DNA of 64,000 nt, from contig JADJYX010000011.1 in assembly GCA_016719535.1 (NCBI GenBank), positions 747-64,746 of the forward strand. The letters run 5' to 3'. The notes below the pieces were generated by a model. The model was not told the DNA's origin and did not search any database. It worked only from the letters and a program-made list of their open reading frames with translations. Source of the stretch: Rubrivivax sp. (GTDB taxonomy: Bacteria; Pseudomonadota; Gammaproteobacteria; Burkholderiales; Burkholderiaceae_C). Positions 9,091 through 18,466 of this stretch are shown one piece after another. Position 1 is the first letter of the stretch, and every line of letters starts with the position of its first letter. The position numbers and the translations under genes were made by a program.

Positions 9091-9579
9091 GGGGTCTTTC
9101 TCCGTGGGGCGAGGCGCCAGCAAGGTGCGGGCGCTGCAGGGCATGCCGGCGGCCATCGCCGAACGGCTTAGTGTGCGGCCGAAGCCTCGTCGCAGGGTCA
9201 GGTTCGACCGCTGCTGACCATCCGAAAGTCCGCACTTCAGCAGCGCCACGCGCTCCGGCGTCAAGACAGTCCGCGCGCACCCGAGGCCCGTGAGGCCAGT
9301 GCCCGTCAAGTCCCGCCATGCGCGAGCCACCGCGCGGGGCGACCCGACCGAGCGGCGCGGGCGCCAACACTTCATCCGTCACGCGCGCCGGATGCACGGA
9401 GGCGGCGGGGCCTTGCCGTGGGTGCGATGGTCGCGCTGCCGTCGGCTTCGATCGTCACCTGTTCCCGGGCGCGCCCGGCCGCTTCGGCCCAGGCAGCGCG
9501 GCATGGCCGGCAACGCCCGCGCTCCACGGTCGGCGCCGACCCGGCGCTACAGTCTGCGCCCGACCACCGAATGCGCCCG

Positions 9580-11396
9580 ATGCCGATGCACACCCGCCTG
9601 TCCCGTGCCGAGGTTCCCGTCGAATCCACCTGGAACCTGAGCGACCTGTTTGCCGACGAGGCCGCCTGGGAGGCCGGATTCCGGGCCGTCGACGAGGCGC
9701 AGCAGGCCTTCGGGATCTACCAGGGAAAACTGGGCGATGTGGGCGGCGGTGCCGCCACGCTGCTGGCCTGCCTGAATGCCCTCGAAGCATTGCAGCTGCG
9801 CCTGATGCGCGTGGGCACCTTCGCGCGGCTGCGCAACGCGCAGGACGGCACCCACCCGCAGCACCAGGCCGCGATGGCCCGCGTGGCGGCGCTGCATGCC
9901 AGGGTGGAGGCCAGCACGAGCTTCGTCGACGACGAGATCCTGGCCCTGCCCGAGGGCCTGCTGCAGCGCTTCAGGGCCGCCGAGCCGGGGCTGGCCGATT
10001 TTGCGGTCCATCTGAACCGGCTGCTGGAACTGCGCCCCCACCGGCTGGGTGCCGATACCGAGCGGGCGCTGGCCGCGCTGGGCGAGGTGCTGGATGCGCC
10101 GGCAATGATCTACAACCGCTCCAAGGCCGGTGACCTGCGGTTCGCGCCCTTCACCGACGACGCGGGAACGGTCCATGCCAATTCGTTCAACGGTTTCGAG
10201 TCCAGGTTCGAAACCCACAGCGACACCCGCGTGCGCCGCAGTGCCTGGGCCTCGTTCAGCGCCGGTCTCGAGGCCTACAACCAGACCTACGCCGCCACCT
10301 TCGCCACCGAGGTCAACAAGAATGTCGCGCTGGCGCGGCTGCGCCGATACCCCGGCACCGAGGCCTTCCTGCTGCAGCCGCACCAGATGCCGCATGCGGT
10401 CTACAGCAATATCCTGGACATCATCCAGTCCGGTCTGGCACCGCACATGCAGCGTTATGCCCGGCTGCGCCGGCGGGTGCTGGGGCTGGACCAGCTGCTG
10501 TACTGCGACATCAAGGCGCCGCTGGACCCCGATTTCAACCCGCGCATGCCCTATGACGAGGCTGCCGGTTGATCCTGGACGCGCTGGCGGTGATGGGGCC
10601 CGACTACGTGGACTTCGCGCGCCGGGCGCTGACGCAGCGCTGGGTCGACCGCGCCGACAACATCGGCAAGTCCTCGGGCGCCTTCTGCTCCTCACCCTAC
10701 GGCGTGCACCCGTACATCCTGATCACCTGGTCGGACACGATGCGCAACGTCTTCACGCTGGCGCACGAGCTGGGCCACGGCGGGCACTTCCATCTGGCGA
10801 TGCAGCACCAGCGCTTCGTCAACGTGCGCCCGGCCATGCCCTTCATCGAAGCGCCGTCGATCATGAACGAGATGCTGCTGGCTCAGCACATCCTGGCCCG
10901 CAGCCAGGAGCCGCGGCTGCGGCGCTCGGTCATCATGCAGGTGCTGGGCACCTACCACCACAACTTCGTGACGCACCTGCTCGAGGCCGAGCTGCAGCGC
11001 CAGGTGTATGCGCTGGCCGAAGGCGGCGGCTCCATCACCGCGGCCGTGCTGAACGACTGCAAGGGGCGCATCCTGGCCGGGTTCTGGGGCGATACGGTGG
11101 CCATCGACGACGGCGCGCGCATGACCTGGATGCGCCAACCCCATTACTACATGGGCCTGTATCCGTATACCTACGCGGTCGGCCTGGTGGCGTCGACCGC
11201 CATGTCGCTGTGCATGCAGCAGGAGGGCGCGCCCGCGGTGCAGCGCTGGCTGCAGGTGCTGCAGGCCGGCGGCACGCGCAGGCCGCTCGAACTGATGCAG
11301 ATGGCCGGCATCGAGATGAGCACGCCGCAGCCCATCCACGACGCGGTGGCCCATGTCGGCCGGCTGGTCGACGAGCTGGAGCGGTCGTTCGATTGA
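9580..11396 (+). CDS. pepF: Oligoendopeptidase F (M3B), split by one frameshift near 10565-10572
   Basis: RAEVPVESTWNLSDLF N-terminus and TLAHELGH zinc motif. ORFs 9418..10572 and 10569..11396 join with one missing base. Confidence 0.9.
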
Positions 11397-11558
11397 GCGC
11401 TTCGGGTCGGCAGCGGCGCGGCGATGCGGCCGGCACACGCTGCCCTTTGTCGTCGATCACGTTCCCGTCCCGGCCCGCGGTCTCGTGCAGCGTGGCGATG
11501 ATGCCGCAGCTCGACGGTGTCGGGCGCCATGAACCCGCACGGCGCGCGCGCATGGGGC

Positions 11559-13183
11559 TCAGCGCTTGCCGGCTTCGGGCTGCAGACCGACCACCACCGC
11601 GCGCGAGCGCTGGTGCGAGAAGACGCCGGCCGGAACCTGCAGCGGGATTTCGCGCACCAGGGCCAGCGTGCGGGCGTCATAGATCGCGATCCGGCCGCTG
11701 TCGCGGCTGAGGCAGCGGTCGCCGCCGCTGCGCGAGCTGACATCGATGAAGTCGCCGCGCGCGGTGTATTCGGGGAAGTGCGAATGGCCGAAGCTGCCCG
11801 GCACCGTGATCGTGCGCACGACTTCCAGCGTCTGCTCGTCGATGAACTGGATCTTGTCGGCATTCGGCCCGGTGCCGACGATGTCGACGACGATGTAGGG
11901 CGCATCCGGATGGGCGGCCGGCGATTCCGTCGGCCCGATGACCGGAATGCGCTTGACGACCTCGAAGCTCTTCATGTCGAATGCCGTGACCTCGTGCGGC
12001 GTGCACGGGCGGCTGCCGATATTGGTCACGATGCCCAGCATACGGCCCCGGGAGAGGACGACAGCGCCGGACCCCACGTGCGGCTGGCAACCCGCCTGGA
12101 TGCGCTGCACGAGACGCTTTTCGGCCAGGTCGATGACGGCGACGATGTCGTCGTCGTACGAGGCCACGACGACCTGCCGCCCGTCGGCCGACACAAAGCC
12201 GTCGTGCAGGTGGCGGCCGACGCCGTCGATCACGGTGACCGGAAAGTCGGGCGGGCCGAGGTCGACGATCCACACCTGCCTCGCCTGCTCGTGCGCGACG
12301 ACGAAGACGTCGGCGAAGGGTGTCGCGAGCAGCATCCCGGCGTCGGACTCGAGCGGTCGGCCGTCGGCGCCGGTGCTGCGCAGCGGCAGCAGCTTCAGCG
12401 GCTCGAGCGTGGCGGCGTCCACGATCACCAGCGCATGCGGGACGTAGGACCCGGCGGCGACGAAGCGGCCGTCGCGCGAGACGGCGAGCGACGCGCCATT
12501 GAGCCCGGCGCGCACCTTGCGTACCGTCTGCAGGCTGTAGAGGTCGATCTTGTGCACCCAGCCCATGTCGTCGCGCACATAGGCCCAGCGCGGGTCGCGC
12601 GGGTGGTGGTCCATCAGGTGCGGCGCCCGGCCGGTCCGGACCTCGCCCACCGTGCGGTGCGTGCGGCCGTCGACGAAGACGACGCGCGCGGCGTCGCCCG
12701 CCGCGTGGCGGCCGCGCACCATCACCGTCATCAGGTCGGCGATGTCGGCGATCGGGCAGGCGGGCCGCGCCGGCAGCCGGGACTCGTCGGCGACCCGCAC
12801 GGTGAGCGAGCGGCAGATGTCGTCGATCGTCCACGTCGGGCTGGACCGGGGTTGCGTGGTGACCAGCCTGGCGATGCGGTCGCGGTCGCGGCCGGACAGC
12901 GTGCGGTTCCAGGTCGGGTGCGGAGGCATCAGCGTGGTGGCGCTGCCGGCCAGGATGCGGGCGCCAACCTGGGCCGCGGTCAGCCGCGTGTCGTCGCGGT
13001 TGAGCGCCGGCGCGATATGGCCACCGCGGTCGGCGCCGTGGCAGACGGCGCAGCGATCGGCATACAGGCGCTCTGCGCGTGCCGTCTCGTCGTCGGCGTG
13101 CGCGGGCGCCGCCGTCAGGGCCGCGGCGACACACGCCGGCGCGCCGGGCCTGCGCGCCGGCTGCGGGCAGGAAGCTTCGTCAT
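11559..13183 (-). CDS. Cytochrome cd1 nitrite reductase-like protein (NirS/NirN family), with one frameshift in the signal-peptide region
   Basis: The frame of ORF 11559..12929 extends upstream to ...AAALTAAPAHA-DDETARAERLYADRCAVCHG (CxxCH). The beta-propeller has GRAPH, HLHDG and PHVGSG histidine motifs. The ATG at 13183 has an AGGTGGAG RBS but is one base out of frame. Confidence 0.8.
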
Positions 13184-13251
13184 CGCCGGCTCCACCTTGC
13201 AGGCAAGCTGCCGGCCATCATCAGGTCACCGCTCGTGCACTCGACGCCCAG

Positions 13252-13926
13252 TCACAGGCTGCGCAGCAGCTCGCTCACGCCGTCCCACACGATCTGCACG
13301 CCCAGGCACAGCAGGATGAAGGCCGACAGCCGCAGGAAGACGATGGTGCCGGTTTCGCCCAGCGGCTGCAGCAGCCGCTGCGCGTAGCGAAAGGCCAGGA
13401 ACAGCAGCGCGGCGATCACCGCCAGTGCCAGCACGCCGCCGCCGAAGCGCGCCAGCGACAGCGCCAGCCGCTGCTCGTGCAGCGAGGCGCCGACGGTGAT
13501 CGCCGCCGCGATCGAGCCCGGCCCGCAGCTGATCGGGAAGGTCAGCGGGTAGAAGGCCTGCCGGCGCGCCTGCTCGGGGCTGAAGGCATCGGCCAGCGCG
13601 GCGCGGCGGTCGGCGCCGGACTGATCGGCGTTGAGCAGCCGCCACGCCGTCGACGCCACGATCAGCCCGCCGCCGACGCGCACGATCGGCAGCGAGATGC
13701 CGAAGACGTCGAGCACGTAGGAGCCGATCAGCATCGCTCCCAGCACGAGGAAGAACATGTTGCGCGCGATGCGCCGCGCCAGGCTGGCGCGCGTGGCTGC
13801 GCTCGCACCTTCGGTGAGCCCGAGGAAGATGGGCGCGGTGGCCGCCGGGTTGAGGATGGGCAGGATCGTCGCCAGCACGAAGAGAAAGCTCTTGCCGAAG
13901 GCGAGCGCGAGCGCGGCAGGGTCCAT
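13252..13926 (-). CDS. MarC family membrane protein
   Basis: ILPILNP, FGISLPIVRVGGG, FYPLTFPISCGPGSI and FILLCLGVQ motifs. Confidence 0.92.
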   Translation of the reverse strand: MDPAALALAFGKSFLFVLATILPILNPAATAPIFLGLTEGASAATRASLARRIARNMFFLVLGAMLIGSYVLDVFGISLPIVRVGGGLIVASTAWRLLNADQSGADRRAALADAFSPEQARRQAFYPLTFPISCGPGSIAAAITVGASLHEQRLALSLARFGGGVLALAVIAALLFLAFRYAQRLLQPLGETGTIVFLRLSAFILLCLGVQIVWDGVSELLRSL

Positions 13927-13930
13927 GCGC

Positions 13931-15460
13931 TCAGCGGCCGTGCTCGCGTTCGGCCAGCTCGCGCAGGCGGCGCCGCAGCCGGCGCTCCTCGGCCTGGCCG
14001 GCGAGCCAGTCCTCGCGCACCGCGCGCCACAGCGCCAGCGCCATCAGCAGGATGACGAGCGTGAACGGCAGCGCGAAGACGATGGTGGCCGTCTGCACCG
14101 CCTGGATGCCGCCGGCCATCAGCAGCGCCGCGGCGATGCCGGCCACCAGCAGACCCCAGGTCACCTTGACGCGCGTCGATGGATCGGGATTGCCGCCGGT
14201 GCTCATCATGCCCAGCACCAGCGTGGCCGAGTCGCCCGAGGTGACGAAGAACACCAGCACCAGCACGGTGGCGACGAGCGACAGCAGCGCGCCCAGCGGC
14301 AACTGGTCGAACAGGGCGAACAGCGCGGTCGAGACGTCGGCCTTGACGGCCTCGGCGATCGGCGCGCCCTGGAAGATGTCCAGGTGCAGCGCGGTGCCGC
14401 CGAAGACCGAGAACCAGACGAAGGCCGCCGCCGTGGGTGCCAGCACGGTGCCGACGACGAATTCGCGGATCGTGCGCCCGCGCGAGACGCGCGCGATGAA
14501 CAGGCCGACGAAAGGCGACCAGGCGATCCACCAGGCCCAGTAGAAGACCGTCCAGCCGCCGACCCAGCTGCTGTCGCGGAAGGGCGTCGTGCGCAGGCTC
14601 ATGCGGACGAAGTCGCTGGCGTAGTTGCCCAGCGTCGTCGTCAGCGTGTCCAGGATGGCCACCGTCGGCCCGAGCAGGAAGACCGCCAGCGCCAGCAGCG
14701 CGGCGACGACGAGGTTGAAGCTCGACAGCCACTTGATGCCGCGCTCGACCCCGGTGACGGCCGAAGCCAGGAAGAGCGCGGTGGTGACGGCGATGATGCC
14801 GAGCTGCGATGCCGTGCCCACCGGCAGCCCGAAGACGCGCGCCAGCCCGCTGTTGATCTGCAGCGCCCCCATGCCCAGCGACGCGGCGACGCCGAAGGCG
14901 GTGGCGATCACCGCCAGCACGTTGAACAGCAGCGACAGCCGCTGCACCGGGCGCCACGGCAGCGCCTCGGTGGCGGTGCTGACCAGCGCCGGCCCGCCGC
15001 GGCGAAACTGGAAATAGCCGATCGCCAGCGCCACCACGGCGTAGATGGCCCACGGGTGCAGGCCCCAGTGGAAGAAGCTGTAGCGCATGGCCGCGTTGGC
15101 CGCCTCGGGCGTGCCCGGCGCGATGCCCGGCGGCGGCGCGCCGTAGTGCGACATCGGCTCGGCCACGCCCCAGAACACCAGGCCGATGCCCATGCCGGCG
15201 GCGAACAGCATCGCAAACCAGGCGGTGGTGGAGAATTCGGGCTCCTCGTCGTCGGCGCCGAGCTTGAGGTTGCCGTAGCGGCTGAAGGCCAGCAGCGCGC
15301 TCATCACCACCAGCGCCAGCACCACCCACAGGTAGAACCAGCCGAAATTCTTCGTGATCGCGGCCAGCGCGGTGTCGAAGACCGCGCCCAGCGAGGCCGG
15401 CGCGATCAGCCCCCAGGCGACGATGATGGCGATGGCGCCGGCGGAGATGAGCATCTGCAC
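13931..15460 (-). CDS. BCCT family (betaine/carnitine/choline) transporter
   Basis: WFAMLFAAGMGIGLVFWGVAEP, FHWGLHPW and WTVFYWAWWIAWSPFVG signatures; GTG start after AAGGAGG. Confidence 0.95.
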   Translation of the reverse strand: MQMLISAGAIAIIVAWGLIAPASLGAVFDTALAAITKNFGWFYLWVVLALVVMSALLAFSRYGNLKLGADDEEPEFSTTAWFAMLFAAGMGIGLVFWGVAEPMSHYGAPPPGIAPGTPEAANAAMRYSFFHWGLHPWAIYAVVALAIGYFQFRRGGPALVSTATEALPWRPVQRLSLLFNVLAVIATAFGVAASLGMGALQINSGLARVFGLPVGTASQLGIIAVTTALFLASAVTGVERGIKWLSSFNLVVAALLALAVFLLGPTVAILDTLTTTLGNYASDFVRMSLRTTPFRDSSWVGGWTVFYWAWWIAWSPFVGLFIARVSRGRTIREFVVGTVLAPTAAAFVWFSVFGGTALHLDIFQGAPIAEAVKADVSTALFALFDQLPLGALLSLVATVLVLVFFVTSGDSATLVLGMMSTGGNPDPSTRVKVTWGLLVAGIAAALLMAGGIQAVQTATIVFALPFTLVILLMALALWRAVREDWLAGQAEERRLRRRLRELAEREHGR

Positions 15461-15548
15461 GGGGGGTCCTCCTTGCATTCCTGCGCCTCGCCGTGCGGTC
15501 CGAGCCGGGCGCCCGGCGCGCAATCCCCGCACCGCGGGTGTCGAGTGA

Positions 15549-15564
15549 ATTTGTATAAATGCAA
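15549..15564. promoter_or_regulatory. AT-rich candidate operator (near-palindrome ATTTGTATAAAT; also TTG-N8-CAA)
   Basis: The only strongly AT-rich patch between the divergent BCCT and SCP2-like genes; the regulator cannot be identified from sequence. Confidence 0.3.
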
Positions 15565-15710
15565 TGTTATCCGCTCCTGCACCCGCCCCGCCGCCTCAGG
15601 GCTTGTACCGACCCCGGATGGGCTAGCTCTTCGTCGTGATGGCGGGCGCGTGGCGGCCTGCCTACGATGCCGCGCGGCCTGCAACCCGGCGGCCGAGCAG
15701 GAGACCCGGC

Positions 15711-16241
15711 ATGCCGATCGACACCCCCGCGACCCGCGCGCTGGCGCTGGCGCTGACCCTGGCCGCCAGCGCCCCGCTGGCCCGCGCCGAGCCCACGCTG
15801 ATGGCGCCCGACTGGGCCGGCGCTGCCTGCGCGCAGTGGAACCGCACGCCCACGTTGCTGGACGGCCTGGCCGGCGAGTGGATGCGCAACGACGGCGGCA
15901 AGGGCTTCAAGGTGATCCACCTCTACCGCAGCGACTGCGGCGAGGCCACGCGGGTGGAGCTGCGCATCGGCGCCCGCGACGGCCAGGCGCGCTGCCTCTA
16001 CGGCGGCAAGGTGGAGACGGCGCCGCTGAATGCGGCGGTGGACTACACCATGCATGCCACCACCGCGCGCTGGGGCGAGATGGGCAAGGGCGACTACGGC
16101 CCCATGCGGGCGATGATGTTCGGCCGGCTCGAATTTGTCGGCCCCAAGCTGGAGGCCATGGGCGTGATGGTGCCCTTCGAGGCCTTCCTGCTGCTGGTGG
16201 GCAAGGTGCCGGGCGACCTGGCGGCCTGCCCGGCGCGCTGA
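15711..16241 (+). CDS. Exported SCP2 sterol-binding-like domain protein
   Basis: AGGAGA RBS, signal peptide ...PLARA, then GPMRAMMFGRLEFVGPKLEAM resembling the SCP2 C-terminal motif; four Cys. Confidence 0.65.
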   Translation: MPIDTPATRALALALTLAASAPLARAEPTLMAPDWAGAACAQWNRTPTLLDGLAGEWMRNDGGKGFKVIHLYRSDCGEATRVELRIGARDGQARCLYGGKVETAPLNAAVDYTMHATTARWGEMGKGDYGPMRAMMFGRLEFVGPKLEAMGVMVPFEAFLLLVGKVPGDLAACPAR

Positions 16242-16262
16242 GCGCCGGGGCGGGCCGGTGCC

Positions 16263-17315
16263 TCAGCGCTCCACCGTCCGGTTCCAGCGCGCATTCCACT
16301 CCGGCCGCACCGGGTTGATGGCGTCCCAGTCCAGCGCCACCACGTTCTTCATGTAGACCTTGAACTGCTCGACCGTGGCCTGGGCCTGCGGCGAGCCGAC
16401 CTGGGTCTTGGTGTTGCTGGGGATCTGGCTGCCGAATTCCAGTGCCGCCGCCTGCGCCTGCGGCGTCAGCAGGAATTCGGCCAGCTTCTGTGCCAGCACG
16501 GGGGCATCGTTGTTGGCGGTCACGCACTCGGCCACCATCAGCAGCACCGAGCCTTCCTTGGGCTGGGCATATTCCATCGGGATGCCCTTGGCCTTCTGCA
16601 CGGCCACGCTGGTGGGCGTGAGCGGGAAGATCGCCGCCTCGCCGGTCTGCACCATCTCGCTGAGCTTGGCCGAACTGGGGATGTACTCCAGCACGTTGGG
16701 CCCGATGGTGCTGCGCCACTTGGCGAAGCCGGGGTCGACATTCTTCTCGCTGCCGCCCTGGATGCGGTTGAACATCAGGAAGCCGTGCAGCCCGAAGCTG
16801 CTCGACGGCAGCGACTGGAACACCACCTTGCCCTTGAACTTGGGATCGGCAAAGTCCATCCACGAGGTGGGTGCGGGCCACTTGTTCTGGTCGAACATCT
16901 TCTTGTTGTAGCCAATGCCCGTCATGCCGACGTTCACGCCCGCGGCCATGCCACCGGCCATGCGCGCGCTGGGATACAGGTCCTTGAGCACCGGTGAATC
17001 GGCCAGCTTCTGGCACAGGCCCATCTTGACGGCGCGCATCATCACGCCGTCGTCGAGGAACATCACGTGCACCGGCGGCTTCTCCTTGCTGGCCTGCACC
17101 TTGGCCAGGATGTCCGACGAGGTGCCGGGCACCACCACCACCTTGACGCCGTGGATGCGCTCGAAGGCCGGGAACACGTACTTGGTGTACGACTGCTCCA
17201 TCACGCCGCCGTTCATGCCGATGTACAGGGTCTTGGTCTGCGCCTGTGCGGCACCGGCGGCCAGCAGGGAGACGGCCACGGACAGGGCCAGGGAAAGCAT
17301 TCGGGGCTGGGACAT
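16263..17315 (-). CDS. ABC transporter substrate-binding protein (polyamine/opine type)
   Basis: Signal peptide ...AAQA; PotD/PotF-like fold motifs (GIGYN, PTSWMDF, PKEG); AAGGAG RBS. Confidence 0.9.
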   Translation of the reverse strand: MSQPRMLSLALSVAVSLLAAGAAQAQTKTLYIGMNGGVMEQSYTKYVFPAFERIHGVKVVVVPGTSSDILAKVQASKEKPPVHVMFLDDGVMMRAVKMGLCQKLADSPVLKDLYPSARMAGGMAAGVNVGMTGIGYNKKMFDQNKWPAPTSWMDFADPKFKGKVVFQSLPSSSFGLHGFLMFNRIQGGSEKNVDPGFAKWRSTIGPNVLEYIPSSAKLSEMVQTGEAAIFPLTPTSVAVQKAKGIPMEYAQPKEGSVLLMVAECVTANNDAPVLAQKLAEFLLTPQAQAAALEFGSQIPSNTKTQVGSPQAQATVEQFKVYMKNVVALDWDAINPVRPEWNARWNRTVER

Positions 17316-17326
17316 GGGTGCTCCTT

Positions 17327-18466
17327 CTACGGGGTTGCGGGGGATGAACTGAAACGTTGGATGGCGAACGGCTCGAGCGGTACGCCGGGCTGGCCGTGGG
17401 CCACCCATTGCGCCAGCGCCTCGCCGACCGCGGGGCCGGTCTGGAAGCCGGCGCCGCAGAAGCCGAAGGCATGCAGCAGCTGCGGGTGGCGCGTGGACGG
17501 GCCGATGACGGGCTGGTGGTCGGGCAGCGAGCCCTCGACGCCGCTCCAGAAGCGGATCACCTGCGCATGAGCCAGCGGCGGAAACAGCTCGGCCATGCGC
17601 TGGCACAGCTCGGCAATGGCCTGCGCGCGCGGCGCGGCATGCAGCGGGTTGCTGGCGGCGCCGCGGCTGCCGCCCATCACACAATTGCCGCGCGTGGTCT
17701 GGCGGCCATAGATGCCGCCGCCCTCGACGCCGATATTGACGTCCATGAAGCGCGGCAGCGGCTCGGTGACGGCCATGCCGGGGTGGATGCTTTCCATCGG
17801 CGCGTCATCACCGAAGGTGCGCGCCAGCTGCAAGGCCCAGGCGCCGGCGCAGTTGAGCAGCCAGCGGGCGCGCACGCTCAGGCCCTGGCCGTTGCCCAGC
17901 ACGAAACACTGGCCATCGTGATCGAGTTCGGTGACCTCGCAGTGCTCGATCACGCAGGCACCGGCGGCGCGGGCGGCACGCGCAAAGGCCGGGCTCACCA
18001 GGCGCGGATTGGCATGGCCGTCGCCCGGGCACCAGGAGGCACCGATGGCCTGCGCGCCCAGCCAGGGGTAGGCGGTGCGGAAGGTGGCGCCGCTGCTCAG
18101 CTGCAGGTCCAGGCCGTGGCCGTCCACCAGGCGGGCATAGGCTTCCAGGCGTGCCAGGTCGGCCTCCGACCGCGCCAGCTTCAGGTGGCCCGAGCGCACA
18201 TATTCGCCGTCGATGCCGACCAGCGCGGGCAACTGCTCCCACAGCTGGCGCGAGCGCAGCGCCAGCGGCAGCTGCGCCAGCCCGCGGCCCTGCACGCGCA
18301 CGCCGCCGTAGTTGACGCCGCTGGCAGCGGCGCCGCAGTGGCCACGTTCCAGCAGCGTCACCGTCAGGCCGAAGCGGCGCAGAAACAGCGCCGCGGCACT
18401 GCCGACGATGCCGCCGCCGACGATGGCCACGTCGGCCTGCAGGGTCCCGGATGCAGGCTCAGTCAT
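17327..18466 (-). CDS. FAD-dependent oxidoreductase (OoxB/HcnC/DAAO family)
   Basis: VAIVGGGIVG, ASGVNYGGVR, GDGHANP and GFCGAGFQTGP motifs. Confidence 0.9.
   Translation of the reverse strand: MTEPASGTLQADVAIVGGGIVGSAAALFLRRFGLTVTLLERGHCGAAASGVNYGGVRVQGRGLAQLPLALRSRQLWEQLPALVGIDGEYVRSGHLKLARSEADLARLEAYARLVDGHGLDLQLSSGATFRTAYPWLGAQAIGASWCPGDGHANPRLVSPAFARAARAAGACVIEHCEVTELDHDGQCFVLGNGQGLSVRARWLLNCAGAWALQLARTFGDDAPMESIHPGMAVTEPLPRFMDVNIGVEGGGIYGRQTTRGNCVMGGSRGAASNPLHAAPRAQAIAELCQRMAELFPPLAHAQVIRFWSGVEGSLPDHQPVIGPSTRHPQLLHAFGFCGAGFQTGPAVGEALAQWVAHGQPGVPLEPFAIQRFSSSPATP

Noticed and set aside
11397-11558. Protein-like fragment SCGIIATLHETAGRDGNVIDD on the minus strand
   Set aside because: No start or family recognised; could be chance.
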